Positions 26,301 to 50,680 of a stretch of DNA of 64,000 bases are shown here, piece after piece. The position numbers and the translations under genes were made by a program. This DNA comes from Lingula anatina (lineage: Eukaryota; Animalia; Brachiopoda): the NCBI GenBank assembly GCA_051362555.1, contig CM120641.1, positions 32,618,401-32,682,400 of the forward strand, written 5' to 3'. Numbering within the stretch: position 1 is the first letter of the stretch; the number at the start of each line of letters is the position of its first letter. Under the pieces are notes generated by a model. The model saw only the letters and a list, made by a program, of their open reading frames with translations. It made no database searches and was not told where the DNA came from.

Positions 26301-29300
26301 GTGCTGATAAAAGAGTAAATTATGCGGTGACAGGAATTAGAGAAATAATGTCTGTTGAAATGGTAATGTTACTTGCCGTTATGAAAGGGTAATTATATGG
26401 TTAGGCCTTTTATCATGTTTTAACACATTTAAGTAATTAACTTGCTTCATATGTGTGGAAAATGATATGTGAAGAAAACATTCGTGTAGTAAAAAATGTC
26501 AGTAAATTCTCAAGGGACTTTCTTACCAGCTTTACACAAGAGTACTCCTCTATCAGTCTTCCCTTTAGTTAGGACACCATATGGTTATATTGGGTCCATT
26601 GAATCACTTGAAGGGTATTTAAGACCAGTGGACCTTCTATTCATATGACCAATAATGGCTGCTTTTCTTAACCTAGCCATATACATAAAAATCTGACATA
26701 AGAAATAAATGGGCTGGTTTGATGGAATAATAGACTAAGATTATTTCTAATTGATTGAAGTAGTGGGTGTTATGAGTGCAGGAGGTATTTTTATCATATC
26801 TTTTGAACAATACTTATCATGTGCGACTGAATATTAGATATTGTGTAAAAGGGGAGTTTCAGTACAGATTGATAGAAAAGTGAATTGTCCAGAATTGAGC
26901 TGCATATAGTTTCACTGTATTTCTGATGTAATAATACATTATTTTAAGACAATTGTGTTTTCATCATTGATCTTAGCCTTTGAGAGTGTAAAGTAAGGTA
27001 ACTAAATATCCATTATTCAAATGTGGATCATGATGTGAATTATTATTCCAAAGCTTCCAATTTCTAAAGTTTAACCTGTTCAATTTCTTTTAGGAGCTGT
27101 TGGTTTGTAGCATTTTTGTCAGTAGAGAGTTTCTAATCAAAGTTTTTTTTTCATTTGCATATCTCACACATTGCTTGAAGTGTTATATAATTCTTCATCA
27201 CCATGTTTGCTAATTCAGTAGAACCATGCTGTGATATTCAGAGTTTATTATTTTCTGTATACTGAGTGCTGTTGTGTGTTCTGTCTTGCAGAAGCTTCTA
27301 AGGGTGGTTTAGTGAACACTGTTGTTGTTGATGTTGTTGTTAACCTTAATTATCAAATTTCATTATAAACCTTACTAGTCATAATGGTTTTTCAATTTTT
27401 GTTGGTAACAAAATTTTTTTAGTATGATAATTATCTTTGGTTTTCAAAATAATATCGATTTAAACACTGTTGCTGTGTTTCCGTAGAGATAATGATGTTA
27501 TTCTCACATAATTTCCTTTGTGTCTCAAATGGTAGTCAGCATTTAATTTTGCAGTTCACTCATAGATCTGGTGTGATACAGTTTATTCAACAACAGCCAC
27601 GTTTTATTAATTTTTTTGTCAATTACTTGAGTAAAATAAGTGTTAACATTTTTAAAACTTCAGATATCTGATGTGGTAGAGCAGCAGTAGAATTTCTTTT
27701 CAACACAAATCAATTGGAAAAGCATATTATCACAATTAACAATGAAATCAGACCTTTGTGGTAGATATTTCTTCACTTTCAACTCTGTAAGGTGAAAAAA
27801 CTCTTAGCGTAGTAAATTTTACAGAATCCTTAGAATTAGATGACACCTTTTGTATGATTTCATTGTTAAGAGCAGGTTTGTTCTTGTACTCGCACATTGT
27901 TTTAATATGCTGAAATCTAATTGGCAATATAGGACCACTGGTTCACAAAAATATAGACTGAGATACTGCCAAACTTATGATTATCTTATTTATCATGTCA
28001 GATATCTTGTGTTTTGATTTCATGGTTTCCAGTTTAGATTTTTTTGTCTAGAAGGAAATTTTTGCATAATAGCCTTCAGCAAGAGAAAAAATGGAAAGCA
28101 TCTTCGAGGGGAAAGACATTTTTTTATAAAACATAACATTCTTTTGTAATTGAAATTGTTTTAAGAATGTATTTTTACTGAGTGTAAAACTCGGGCATGG
28201 CAAGGTTTTAAAGAAATCATGAAATTAAAACCAAAGGACTTATATATATAGATGGCAGCATACCTATATGTATGATGATATACTGCTAGCACTGCATGCT
28301 GCTGCTGTTAGTAAAATGATAGTTTTCGTTATGTTATGTATTTGTACTGCATGCAGTGGTTAAAGAATGGGGAAGCTTGCCTATTAGATTATATTATTAA
28401 AATACAGTTTTCTTTCCTGGATTTACGTCAGCAAAAATAATAAACGTATTTTGTAGTTTGATTTCATTTTTGTAATATAGTTGCTATTAGCAACACTCAG
28501 TCTCATACAGACAATATATTCACGCAATCATTTCCGTTGGCAGGTTTTACTCACTGTTTTCTATCATTGCCTTTCAGATGATCATGACTTGGTGTCATTT
28601 ATCACCCACTCCATGACAGTGCCAGTGACAGGGGTATGCATAATCTATACAACTTCTTTTGGCATGGTTCACCTTTTCCTGTATAAAATCCTAGATTTAT
28701 TGTGAAGCTCATTTATTAGTAGAGAGGATATTCAATTATTAAGTAAGAGTATTGATACTTTCACTTCAGCAGAATTGTATGACAGAGACTGTGCTGTACT
28801 TCAGGTCTATCTGCTTTCTCCTATGATTTAAAATGTGAGAAGAGGAATATACTTTCTCTTGGGGGGGGGGGGGTGAATATCTTTGAATTTGGGATACATA
28901 ATTAAAGATCATATGACATTTTTCTTACAACCTCAAGGCACAACCAGAAGGAAAGGTATCTCCAGAAGACAAGAAAAAGTTTGAAACTGAATTTGATGAG
29001 TACTGGGAGAAATTACAGAAGGCACAAGAAGAGTAAGACAAGTTTATGATCACTGAATTAAGAATTATTGATTTTTTTAAATTTTAAAAGTGTAATTGTG
29101 CAGCTTTAGAAAAGTTAACCAGCATATTTGTTTACATAACTTATGATGTATGGTATTTTAGGTGCCAAGTTTATGACTTTTCTTAGTATAATTTTTTTTC
29201 CAATTTATTTTAATTGCAAGTTTCATTGATGATATAGTGAGGTTGTTGTTGTTTACTTTTTCATTTACTTTACTTTTAGATACAAACAACAGCACCCAGA

Positions 29301-31626
29301 TAAAGCCAGGGAAATGGAGGAGTCACAAGCGGTAAGTGCTGGTAAAAGATTCTTTAGATGTGTTGATTATTGTTTGAAGTTTTTGAGTAACTGTAACATA
29401 TCAATTTAATATATGTTGCCTTATTGATCCTTTAAGAGACGGTATTGAAAATGGCTTTTGCTTTGTCAGAGTAATATTATCATTATTATTTCATCTAGCC
29501 ATTTCATGTAAATGGATCTAAGTTGATGGTAAATAAAGTATAAATCATACATGGAAGGGTGCTTAAATTTTTAATATCATATGTGAAACTCACTTTTTTC
29601 AGTATGAGGGTGCTTATGAGAGAGAACTGCGCATGATTTTCGAGGGTCAGAATGGCATCCACAGAGTTATGAATGAGCTGCACAGAAAGGTGGATGAACT
29701 GATAGGAAGACAGGCCTCCATCGAGTCCCAGTTGTCAGCTAGGGTAGGGTCACCCCAGTACCAACAGCAGGGACAGCCTGCCCAGCTCCCAGCCTCAGAT
29801 GGTATGAGAAGACACGAGGTAGACTCTCTACTCAATAGTCAGAGGGATGTCAGTAACATGATCAATGATGTCAAGTAAGAGCCCACCTGTGCTATGAAAT
29901 TTTATTTACTGAGGGAGGCTCTCTTATATTGGGTACTTTTTATTTACAACAGCTACTAATGATTAAAACAAAAAGCAAAAAAATATGTTCTTCATTATTT
30001 AATGAAAGCTTTAGATTATTGGTTTTTTTTGATGGAGCATCAGGAATGTGTCAACAAAACTTCGCATTTAGTAAAGAACGCTCGGTGATGTTTGGACTTT
30101 TCTGACATAACATACCCACTTACGACTTGTTTACAAACTTCGTGACATTTTTCAGGACGCTACCTCTTGTAAACAAGCTGGATTACTCAAAAAAAAATTT
30201 TTTTCATATTTTTTACTCATGTGGTAAACAGATTTTGTCTTATAATTTTTTTCAAAATCGCTAGGGCAGAAATGGTGTTTCTGAAATATGAGAGAGTCTC
30301 CTTAAGGATTTTTTGAAGCAAAAATCATCTTTATGTGAAATAGTGTCTGCATAAAATTGTGTTATCATCATCTTCAGGGTAGAATGGTTTTGTTACTTTG
30401 TTCTTTTGTGTAGAGTATACTAGGAGTGTAAACTGTGACTGAATGTTTATGTTAGGATAATTTCCATTGGCTTTGTATGAATAAAAGAAAGGGTTTTGTT
30501 CTAAAGGATCCAATTTGTAACCAAAATGTATAAGGCAATTATTCTTGTGCCCGAATGTTTTTAAGTGGTGCATTTTTGGAATGACATTTGACAATATTTT
30601 TAGGTTTTTAGTAAGTGATATACAGAAGAGGTCTGCACAGGCACAGGGTCCAGGTGGAGGAGACCCCTTTGCTTCCCAGCAACTCCTACACCAAATCAGA
30701 GATAACATGAATGAGCTAAAAACTGATTTACTTTCAAGGCCTAACCAGGTATGGGTGATCACCTCTCCATTACTTTAGTATTTTGTGGATTGAACTTTTA
30801 AAGGCTTCCACAATGAGCCTTACATGTTTATGTAGTCAAAATGTTATTTCCTTGGAAATTTTCACATATTGTATCCAAAACCATTGACAGAGTTATAAAT
30901 TAGTTAATTAACAGTTATAATTAATAAGTTGTCCATTAACTTATTTTTGAGTTTGAAATTTCCGGTATTTGACTCGCTCTCATAATGGAATTAGAGAGTA
31001 ACTCAAAATTTTAAAGGCCTGGGGTAAAAATTTGTGAGGGGATTTACAGTCCTTGTTTAATATCTGTAAAGCTGTAATGTGCCGTGTACCTTTAACATGA
31101 ATTTGAGTCTGTATCTACAAGGTAGATTTAACCGTGGTTAAAGTTGCTGTGGATTAATTTACATGTTTTAATATATCATATCTTTATATTTGTTTTTGCT
31201 TGAAAATACTCTTGAAAAAAGGTGTTTTTTTATATTGTAAAACCTAAAAAAGTTGGCTTTATATGAATAAAAGAAAGAATTTTGTTTTCAGGAATCAAAT
31301 TGGTGACCCAAATTTATAAGGCAATTATCATTTGTTCCAGGGTTGTCCACCAGTCCAGGGTGGCTCCTGTCTAACACCAGCCTACTTTTTTATATTCATG
31401 GGTGCTCAGTTAGCAATGATGATAGGATATATTGTTTATAGGTAAGTTTGAAAAATAGTTTAACAATTAAAAATGCTAATATTTCATTAATTCAACCTGT
31501 TCCACATTACAATTTAGTTTTTCATTTAGTTGTATTGGATTGATATTGAAAGAAAGTTTTTCTTGAATGTATTTTCTTTAACCTTTCAGAAACAGCAAAG
31601 AGGCAGCAGCCAAAAAGTTCTATTAA
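21029..31626 (+). CDS. LMAN1: ERGIC-53 / lectin, mannose-binding 1 (L-type lectin cargo receptor), complete, 14 coding exons
   Basis: Exons 21029-21194, 22087-22143, 22669-22766, 23478-23585, 23977-24038, 24808-24907, 25662-25785, 28578-28633, 28938-29032, 29280-29331, 29603-29874, 30604-30748, 31341-31441, 31590-31626. Shows a signal peptide, the motifs FEYKLSLKGPHL, GRGRVGADGLAIWY, FDSFDND, GCLRDFRNKP and GYFGVSAATGGLADDHD, a coiled-coil stalk (RELRMIFEGQN), two juxtamembrane Cys, a TM helix and a KKFY* tail. Confidence 0.97.
29914..30301 (+). mobile_element. Kolobok-like (TTAA) MITE, copy 2, in a LMAN1 intron
   Basis: GGAGGCTCTCTTATATT ... AATATGAGAGAGTCTCC|TTAA; homologous to 11341-11731. 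Confidence 0.7.
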
Positions 31627-33541
31627 TATATTTGAAGCCTTTTGTTAAAAACAAAGAAATTCAAAAGAAGAAGAAAGAAATTGTGATCAGCCTACAGCTG
31701 AATGCTTCCCATCGAGACACCTGTTGCAATTAAGTACCAAATAATATATTTGGAAAAATAGTTGGAGAGAAATTTTAAGTTTAAAAGTAATAAAGCTTTG
31801 TGGTTGTCAGTTGTCTGTGGTTAACAGCTTCAAATGTTCAATGTGAATTTGGCACAATTACCTACACAAAGAGTATGTATGCAATTATACTTATGAAAAA
31901 GTATGGCCTTCATTACTGTACATTAACTTGCTTTATGGTTTATGAATTTGCTGACCATTGTATTTTTTTCATAGTCCATTTGCATATGAAGTGAAAATGG
32001 ATATTAAGTTTTAATATCCTATATTGTGAACATACCCTTGACTCGACCTGCTGAAGTAATAAATGCTGCAGATTGACCTTTTAAGTATAGTGTCCATATC
32101 CCATGGGAACACCCGATTCCTGTGAAACAAAGCCAAAAAAAGGGGGGGGGGGTATAATGTCATACTCACTGTTGAGAACATACATTTAAAAATACATCAT
32201 TGATATCATTTAGTAAAAGTATAGAAAAAATTAAACGATGAATAGTTGGCATAATTAATGTTTTGATTTTTCGTAGGTACTTGCTGAAACTTCATTCAGC
32301 ATTTCACTGTGCTTGTTTTCGGTAGTAATTAAGTTTAATTAACTTTGTGAAAGCAAATTAAGTATCCATGGTAGAATCCCATGTGTGTGTGTGATCATCT
32401 TGTGTTTTTGTAGCTCATTTTTGTCCATCTTATCATTGCCAGCTTGCAGGACTTGATTTAAACACATTTTGTAAAAATGTTTGGATGATCACATTTCTAG
32501 TCAGTTTCAGTAGCTTGATGTTTTTTAGCTTCATTGCTATGATGTTGTATTGAGAAAGTTCATGTTAAAGACACGAATGAAATGGTAGTCTTCTCTCAGG
32601 CAGTTAAAACATATAATAGTTGAAAGACAAGATGAATTATAAGGGTAGTGGGTATTTTTTTTTATTTAGTTACCATAAAGTTGTTTTTTTCTTCCTATGA
32701 AGTAAGAAACGGCTTTATCAGTATATGCCTGACTGTTAGTCATGAAATGATATGTTGTCAGATATTTCCAGTATGGTATTAAGATATTAATATGTAAGAT
32801 AATTTATATGATAATTAGGTAGACATTTAGCTTTTTGTATTTGATTGGCAAATATTGTATTTTAAATAGATTTCTAGGGGCCAAGGTGTTTTATTGTGTT
32901 TGAAGGCAGAGACTATGCTTTCTTGCCTGTGCTGATGTTCAGCAGATTGTACGAAGCCAGCGACCAGTATCAATAATTTGTAGTCAAAGGGGTGTGGCAA
33001 TGTTTAATTTTAAGAAAATTTATGTATTTTGTTTTTCCTTTAGTGTTTGATTCTTCACTTGCCATAATTCAAGGTGCAAGGCCTCTGGTGCTTTGTTATA
33101 TGTTCATGTCACGTTTTGTTTGTTTAGATTGGTTCAGTATGTTATTTGTTTAACTATATAAGAGAATTTTAGTTTTGTTCGATACCATTGAACAAAGAAA
33201 TGTCTTGTGCATTTTAGAATTCTTTGTGAAATTTTATGGAGATGATCGAAAAAGATATCTAGTATGATATATTCATTATCACTCAAGACAACTTCATAAG
33301 CCTACTAGATTTTGATAGAACCATGCATAACTGCGTCTCATCAGGAAAATGTTGGTGTAAAAAAGGGTGCTACCCCGGAAGTAGTAGTATGGCCACTCAT
33401 TCCCATTCTGAATCAGTAAAATTCAGTGTACTTGTTGTTTAGACACTATACAAAGTTATATTAATAGGAACCAGTAGGATTTTCTAGTAACAGTTATACT
33501 CATTAAGGTTAAGGGATTCCAGACTGTCACAATATTTTTTT

Positions 33542-33588
33542 AATAAATGATCAATTTACAAAATACAGTTTAAGATGCTTTTTTTATT
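33542..33588. terminator. Opposed candidate polyadenylation signals for LMAN1 (+) and SMAD4 (-)
   Basis: AATAAA on + at 33542-33547 and on - at 33583-33588, near where T-rich sequence switches to A-rich. Other AATAAA hexamers exist in the interval. Confidence 0.35.
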
Positions 33589-33800
33589 TTTTCAGACTTC
33601 AATTTTAAGTGCAAGAATCTTTTTACACCCTAAAAAAGATCTCTCATTAAATAATTTTAATTCTGGAAGCTATCATTGGAACTATGAACAATCTAATAGA
33701 TAATATCATGAACCACAGGGCTATTGAAAGGAGTGTTCACAATCAAGTTTGGCATTCCTACTCCAAAGGACATTCATTGCTGAAGTTAAGTGACTGGTTA

Positions 33801-34060
33801 AGGCTTCGTTCACATGGAATGTCTATTTTCTAAAAATCTATTTTCTATTCGCGCTATCTTATGATCACGGTCTGTGCCCTGAATATCCCGCCGTGTAATT
33901 ACTGGCAGCGCAAGCCAGTTACTTATAGTAACTTATAGTAACTGGCTCACCCTGCCAGTAATTACGCCGCGGGATATTCAGGGAACAGACCGTGATCATA
34001 AGACATACCGCGAATAGAAAATAGAATTTAGAAAATAGACATTGCATGTGAATGAAGCCT
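33801..34060. mobile_element. PIF/Harbinger (Tourist-like) palindromic MITE, 260 bp
   Basis: Termini AGGCTTCGTTCACAT...ATGTGAATGAAGCCT, flanked by TTA on both sides (33798-33800, 34061-34063). Almost the whole element is an inverted repeat. Confidence 0.85.
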
Positions 34061-36014
34061 TTAAGTCTATTCTCTGTACTCCTACTTTCCACAAACTGGA
34101 ATTTGAGAGTGAAAACAGTTATTCATACCTCAAAAAGGTCGCACATCTTTGAGAAAGCAGTACATGATATCTATAATGGCAAGAGGAAAAAAATTTACAG
34201 CAAGAGGAAAAAAATCCTCAATCTCGCTGTTATACATAATTGTAATTTTACCTTCATCACATTAACAGAGTGTGTATAGTAATGACTGGAAGACTGTTCA
34301 TGCATGTATTAAGACGACTTTATTTTGGGCACATTTAGACTGCTACCAAATTTATAAATCTTACATGGTTGTCATAAGATTAACTATTAAAATCATAATA
34401 ATAATAATAATAATAACAATCAAATAAAGTTTGAACTGGGGTAACGACCAAGAAATAAGGAATCACGTCTGGCATGAAAATTACACCTTACTGAAAATTA
34501 TAAAATGCAAAATGAAACGATTCCTTAATTTTGCCCTTTAGATTTATATTCTAACTTTAAATTTTATGTAATTGCATATAAATGTAAAAATGTTGGACAA
34601 AATTGTAAAATCATGTTTTTCAACAAAAATATCAATATGTAGAATTATATTTAACTAGGTATAGTTATGGACACGTTTGTAATCTAGTCATTTAGCTCCA
34701 TTATCAACTCAATTTTTGCCTTTTCTACGACTAGTACAAGTAAACGGATCACTATAATTTTTTGACAGTTATAACCAGGTATGACTGAGGTACAATGCAT
34801 TTTAAAAATTGCAATACAAGGGGGGAAATATGAACCAACATACTGAAAGTAATGAACACAAATATCTGTCACAAATTTATAAATGTATGCGCAAAAAAGT
34901 ATAAAATTGATGCAAAAGTAATTAACCTCTGTAAAACACAAGATTTCGTATTGTCTGTTATCGACTTTTTGAGCATCCTATCTTGGTAGACATTTCAAGC
35001 ACCACTCTGGTGTTAAAGCACAGATGAGGTAGGTTACCCAATACATCTTTTCATGATCTGTAAAATAATTTCTCAAGAAACACTTATTCACCACAAACAA
35101 AGAAACAGTAGAGCCAGCTGCAGTTGGTATCTCACTTAATCATTGAATCATATTTTACACTTGACATCACAACATAATTCCTTCTGTTTTAAGCCATCAA
35201 ATGTTGACACCATGTGGGCATCCTTTTTCCAGCAAATGAGTGATCAGTACTGGCTCATAGAAATCATCTAAACTGTAATTACAGACTGTGTCAATACATA
35301 ATTTGTAAAATTATATATAAACCCAACATAATGGTCTTACGGTAGACTTATTTTTCTTGTTGAGAGTTTGTTGTTACTCGCCGTTCAGTGTTGCTAAATA
35401 AAACTCTAATGATATTGACAATTCTTATTTTTTTGTTTTTCTAAGCTGTCAAACTATCCAGTAAAATACATTGTCCTATTGACTTATTCTAAACGAAACA
35501 GTCAAAATGTGTCCAAGATTGTAAAATGCACATACTTCATCTAAATATCCACAATGCTAATTCACAGCATGTCCCTTATTCCAGATACTATCCCTGGAGC
35601 CTGTCACTTCACAATTTCAAATTTTTGCATCTTATGCTTTTCTTTTTCATCTTTCTACATTAAGATAATGAATTATGTACAACTAATGATGGAAGTTACT
35701 GATGTGTGGAAATATCTTTAGTTACACAGTAAGTGCAGCAGCAACTTCAGTCACTGCCCAACTGCATATATTCATCATTATTTACATACTAAATTTCATT
35801 GTGGTATCTTCTTGACTTTCCTTACTTATAGTGTAAATAACATAAGAGAAGGAACTGAACTGGATGGGGATTTACAAGATGTCCAACAATCTCTCCAGTC
35901 ATGGTTACTAAGAACTGCTTCAGATCATAACTCCATTCATACAAAAATGGATTTGGGCAAAATAATGTACACGTATCCATTTTTAAATTAAAAACAAAGT
36001 CTACATACTATTGC

Positions 36015-46209
<10,195 letters not shown>

Positions 46210-48785
46210 AGATAGTAGCAGATAGATCTCTAAATAAACACAGTGGTTTGCCTGGAGTCACATCAACTATATGCCCTTATCCTTGTGTTTATCAAGTATA
46301 AAAAAGGCGGCCTTGAAGAGGCTGCTCTCGGATTCGTTGAAAGAAACAACTCTTTTTCCTGATCTTTTTCGAAAAACTGCAATATGTTCTCTTATATCCG
46401 CATCACTTAAAAGAAAATAAACAAACAATACATTAATTATTTAATGATCACCTGTAATAAAATATAAAGGAAATTATTAAATCATAAATAATCAATGATC
46501 TGAGAGTCATATAACCTCTTTATATGAATTAAACATTTAGACTCTGTACAAATATAATAAGCTTATTTCAGATGTGAATAAAAAAGCAGAAATGAAATGG
46601 AAAACAACAACGATAAATGACACTACAAAAACAATAATAATGATAAAGAGTAAATGGATACATTTTCAGATGGCATGTCAGCCAATCTTTTTTTTAGCAA
46701 TAAAACTATGCATCTTTCAAAGATTCATGTTGGATAATTTATAAATGAGCACCTGCAACTTTTCCAGCTATACACATTCCCATTCAATGATTATGAGCAT
46801 TAGACCTTAGGACATGAATTAATTTTCTTGAATTTAACAAAATTATTGACAAATTTGCATGCCATAAACTACTTCTGTGTTGTAAGTTCTTACTTATGGG
46901 TGATTTCATGATGCAGATGAAGAAGGATTCTATACACGAATGAGGGTAAAAGTTAGTAATCATGATATCTAAAACTGTTTTTAGATCATAATTTTTCTAA
47001 ATGGTTTGGGACAAGGAAAAGCTTTGTGATATAACTGAAAAATTGCTGAAACTTCAGGAATTTTTATTTACTTTTTTGTTATCATCATATATCTTGTTTC
47101 TATATAAAGACCTAATGGACATTATTTGCTTTCGATATTGACTTCACTGATCAATTACAGCCTCATGGGACAAGTGAAACAGGGGTCTTTTAAAAACAAT
47201 GACAACTCTGCCATAGTAGCCAATGCAGTCTTATTCAATTTTACAAAAACACATCAATTCATTTCCTGGTACTTAGAAAAGGCACCATCTGCAAACATTG
47301 GCAGAAGTAACAAATCATCTCCTTCCTGTTATCAGATTTTATTACACCACCAATCATTTCCTACTAAAATTGGATTGAGCTTCTTTACATAAAAATTCAA
47401 CATCAATGACTTAAAAAAAATGTTTCACCAACAGTGAACCACCTACAAAACTATTTTAAGATTTTAATTATTCTAATATCATGAACATTTCTTAACACAC
47501 CTGTTTGGAAAATTTGTGAATGTCATGTGTAAATTCTGTATTTCATGTAAAATTCTATGTGCAATTCCCAAACAATTTGGATTTGACCTGAAATATCATA
47601 TAAAATTACTGTCATTAATAATAATTACAAAACTGGGACACAAAATATGTGTCCAAAGACAAATATATTTTGAAATGGTCTAAAACTTTTGAAACAGTTG
47701 ATATATTATAATTAACTTTATATGCAATTTACATATATGCAACAAACTGATGTTAAGGTGGCAAGTTGGCAACATTCTCGAGAACTACAGAACATTACTT
47801 AGAACTTCTTTTCAATGTATGCTTTATCAGTGACACTCAAGCGTTTTGGGCAAAAAATGAATTTGGGGCAGAATGTGAACTTAAACAGATAGAGGGGAGA
47901 GAAGTATCAGAATTGATTTAGTTTTATCAGTCTGTGTTGGGAAGTGGAGATTATTTTTTCTGGATGTGCTACAAGATTCTTCAAAAACTGTGCTGACTGA
48001 CAGCCTTAAATCAGAAGGATGACAAACTTTTTCCTTGCCAACACTTTATTAACTTATTATGAAATAAGACATCACCATACTGGTCCACCTTGTGTTCAAC
48101 TGTATAAGCCTTGTGAAGAGAAAGGTAAATGCCCTGAGCATGGTATAAAAATGACAGTACTTTCTATGGAATATTGACCAATCTGAGTCAGTACGACTCC
48201 GTCACAATGACCTTGTCATCTTGTACAATTTGAGTACCTTGTGCATAAGAAAAGTTTATTGGTTGTTTATTGATTTATTGATTGTTGTCCTGAACTGAGG
48301 TCCACACTTATCATTATTGTTGTTCTACACACTGCCTTTAACAAGGTTAATAAAGCTAATATTATGTTTTTAAAAGGGTAAATTAGATCGACAAGTAAGA
48401 CATTTCAAACAAAATGTTGCTAAACAAAAAATACACTGCAGACTACAGTTTATTTCTTCAAAGTAATGCAGGCTGTGGAAGATCCGAATTTGGTTGGTAT
48501 TTTGATACCTAGCTTATATGGTTAGCCTTCTTAAGAACATTCTTTATCCCTATCTATTGCTTTTTTCGCGAAATAGAAAAGGCAAAGCATTTGCACGCTA
48601 TACATTTGCCGGCTGCAGAAGGCAAATCGCTAAATCAAATGTCACCGAGTAACTGTCTCAGGCTCCTGGTCAGACAAAACAGTACCATATCATCTTCATC
48701 AAGATCGTTTAGTCCCATGAGAAAATAAGAAAACACAGTTTACATATCAATAAAGCGCCAATTCATTTTAGGGGATGTAAAATAC

Positions 48786-48975
48786 CTTCTATCCGCCAAC
48801 GTTCGTACCGTAGAGAAACATCATCTCGGCAAAACCCTCGCACACCTCCACACACTGGCGCGACACGATGAATAACATCCGGTTACGCATGCTCCAATTT
48901 CATTATCCAATCATATTTCGCAAGCCTAAATATCTAGACATTCTTATCCGGGCTCTTTGCAATTGACCAATCACA
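48786..48975 (-). promoter_or_regulatory. Probable SMAD4 non-coding first exon and promoter
   Basis: CpG-rich patch with a donor AAG|GTATTT at 48786/48785, an ETS-like ACATCCGG (~48875) and two CCAAT boxes (~48907, ~48967). A plausible acceptor for the ATG exon is at 46406/46405. Confidence 0.5.
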
Positions 48976-50329
48976 ACGAGACAAAGAAATGCATTGCCCA
49001 TTCATTCTTATTACTTTTTTTATTCCAACGATCTCTCCTCGTAAGGTCATGTAACGACGAACTTCTAGCGTATACTTAACATACCATGATGGGAAATTTA
49101 TAAATTTTGTTGTTTTAGTTGTTGTTTTTGTTAAATGTATAGATCTATAGGTATTTATATCAATTACCCTAGGTGGAAAATAAAGCTCTACTGTTACAGA
49201 GGGAGTCTGTGTCGGGGGTGGGTGGGGCAGGGGTGTGAACAGGTGCAAGCAGCTGTGGGTCCAAAGACGCGCGTGTGTCAATCACCCGCGACATCAGTAT
49301 TGTTTAATTGTTTATTTTGTTCACTTTTTAATTTCTGCATAAAATGAAACTAGTAGGCCCCTAAGCCATCAATCGCTACATATAGGCCCTATTCAGAATG
49401 CACCGAGAATCGGGGTGGAGAATAGGAAAGGTCTATTTTTTCGCTGGCGAGAGACTTAATTGGTTGGCCATATTAATACATTATAAGGCCCAGTCAAAAA
49501 CATGATATGGCTATTTACAGTTTTTTCCCAAAGTAATGCGAAGTTATTTAAATACCACAGTCTAGCTAGTAGGCTACATGTAACAGCTCAAAGTTTTGTT
49601 GTGAAGAACTATAGGCCTATAAATGAAAGCGTGAGAGCCGGCCTGCTGCGATTCCGTATGAAATATTTTTGCTCGTCAACAACTTGTCCTTATTTTAACA
49701 ATTAAACGTAAAGGTCCAAATAGAAAAAGGAAGAAAATTTATAAACTTATTATATCTGACGTTTTGTACATTAAGGGTCACATCTCCCATGTCTAGACGC
49801 TCTTCCTTCATGCCCCGCGTAATTATAGGGGTCCTTACTTTATTCATGTCTGTCGCACTCGCCAGATCTACCCTAGACGTCCAAAAAGGCGAATGTTGAC
49901 CAGAAATAGGCCTACCCAGTAAAAATGAAATTTCCTAACATTTTCGGAAGGCTTAGACCTATTCATGGACGAATAAAACCAAGTAGGCCTAAGCGTATTC
50001 CAAGCTAGATCACTTGTGAATTGTGTATGAGCCAGGGGCCGGGGCCCGGGGGTAGGGTTCGGCAGTCCATTGCACAGGTAGCAGTGGGCCAAGACCCCCT
50101 GTCCAATGCTAAATATATATTTTAAAAATTCATTGAATTATTAGATATACGCCGCAGACCAATCGATGTCCAACTTCAATTACATAGGCCTAAATCTGAT
50201 GTCAATTTCTCACCTCAGGCTATATTATTTTCTAATGGAGCTATGAATGATTTATTAAAGAAACATCACATCACATCAAGCCGTAAACGATGACAAGAGT
50301 GGCAATACTATGGTTTATCGGGGTAATAA

Positions 50330-50680
50330 AAGGTAACTAGTACTTCTGTCCTTCCCAAAAGGTCAGAAACCCAACCATTGGCAGAACGTGCCATTATACC
50401 CACTTCTATTACCTGAGTTCATTTCCCGCAATTCGCGTACCTTATACTGTATATAATAAATTCTAAGTTTCTATCGATACCAATGTCATTATGTTCTCGT
50501 CTTGAAACACTCTCAGCAACCTGATTTAAAATCTTATCATCCACGTATTTAAAATATTCCTCAAGAAAATGATCGTCTTTGTCAGCATTAATGCAGTCTC
50601 GGAACTCACCTGTTCTAGCATTCATCTCTCCAAAAACTGTTCCCAAAACTTTGCTTTATCCGATTCATATGGTTATTAAT
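50330..50680 (-). pseudogene. Decayed non-LTR retrotransposon (CR1/L2-type) AP-endonuclease fragment
   Basis: ORF 50419-50646 reads VFGEMNARTG, resembling the LINE endonuclease GDFNARTG motif, and then breaks up with stops and frameshifts. Confidence 0.5.
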
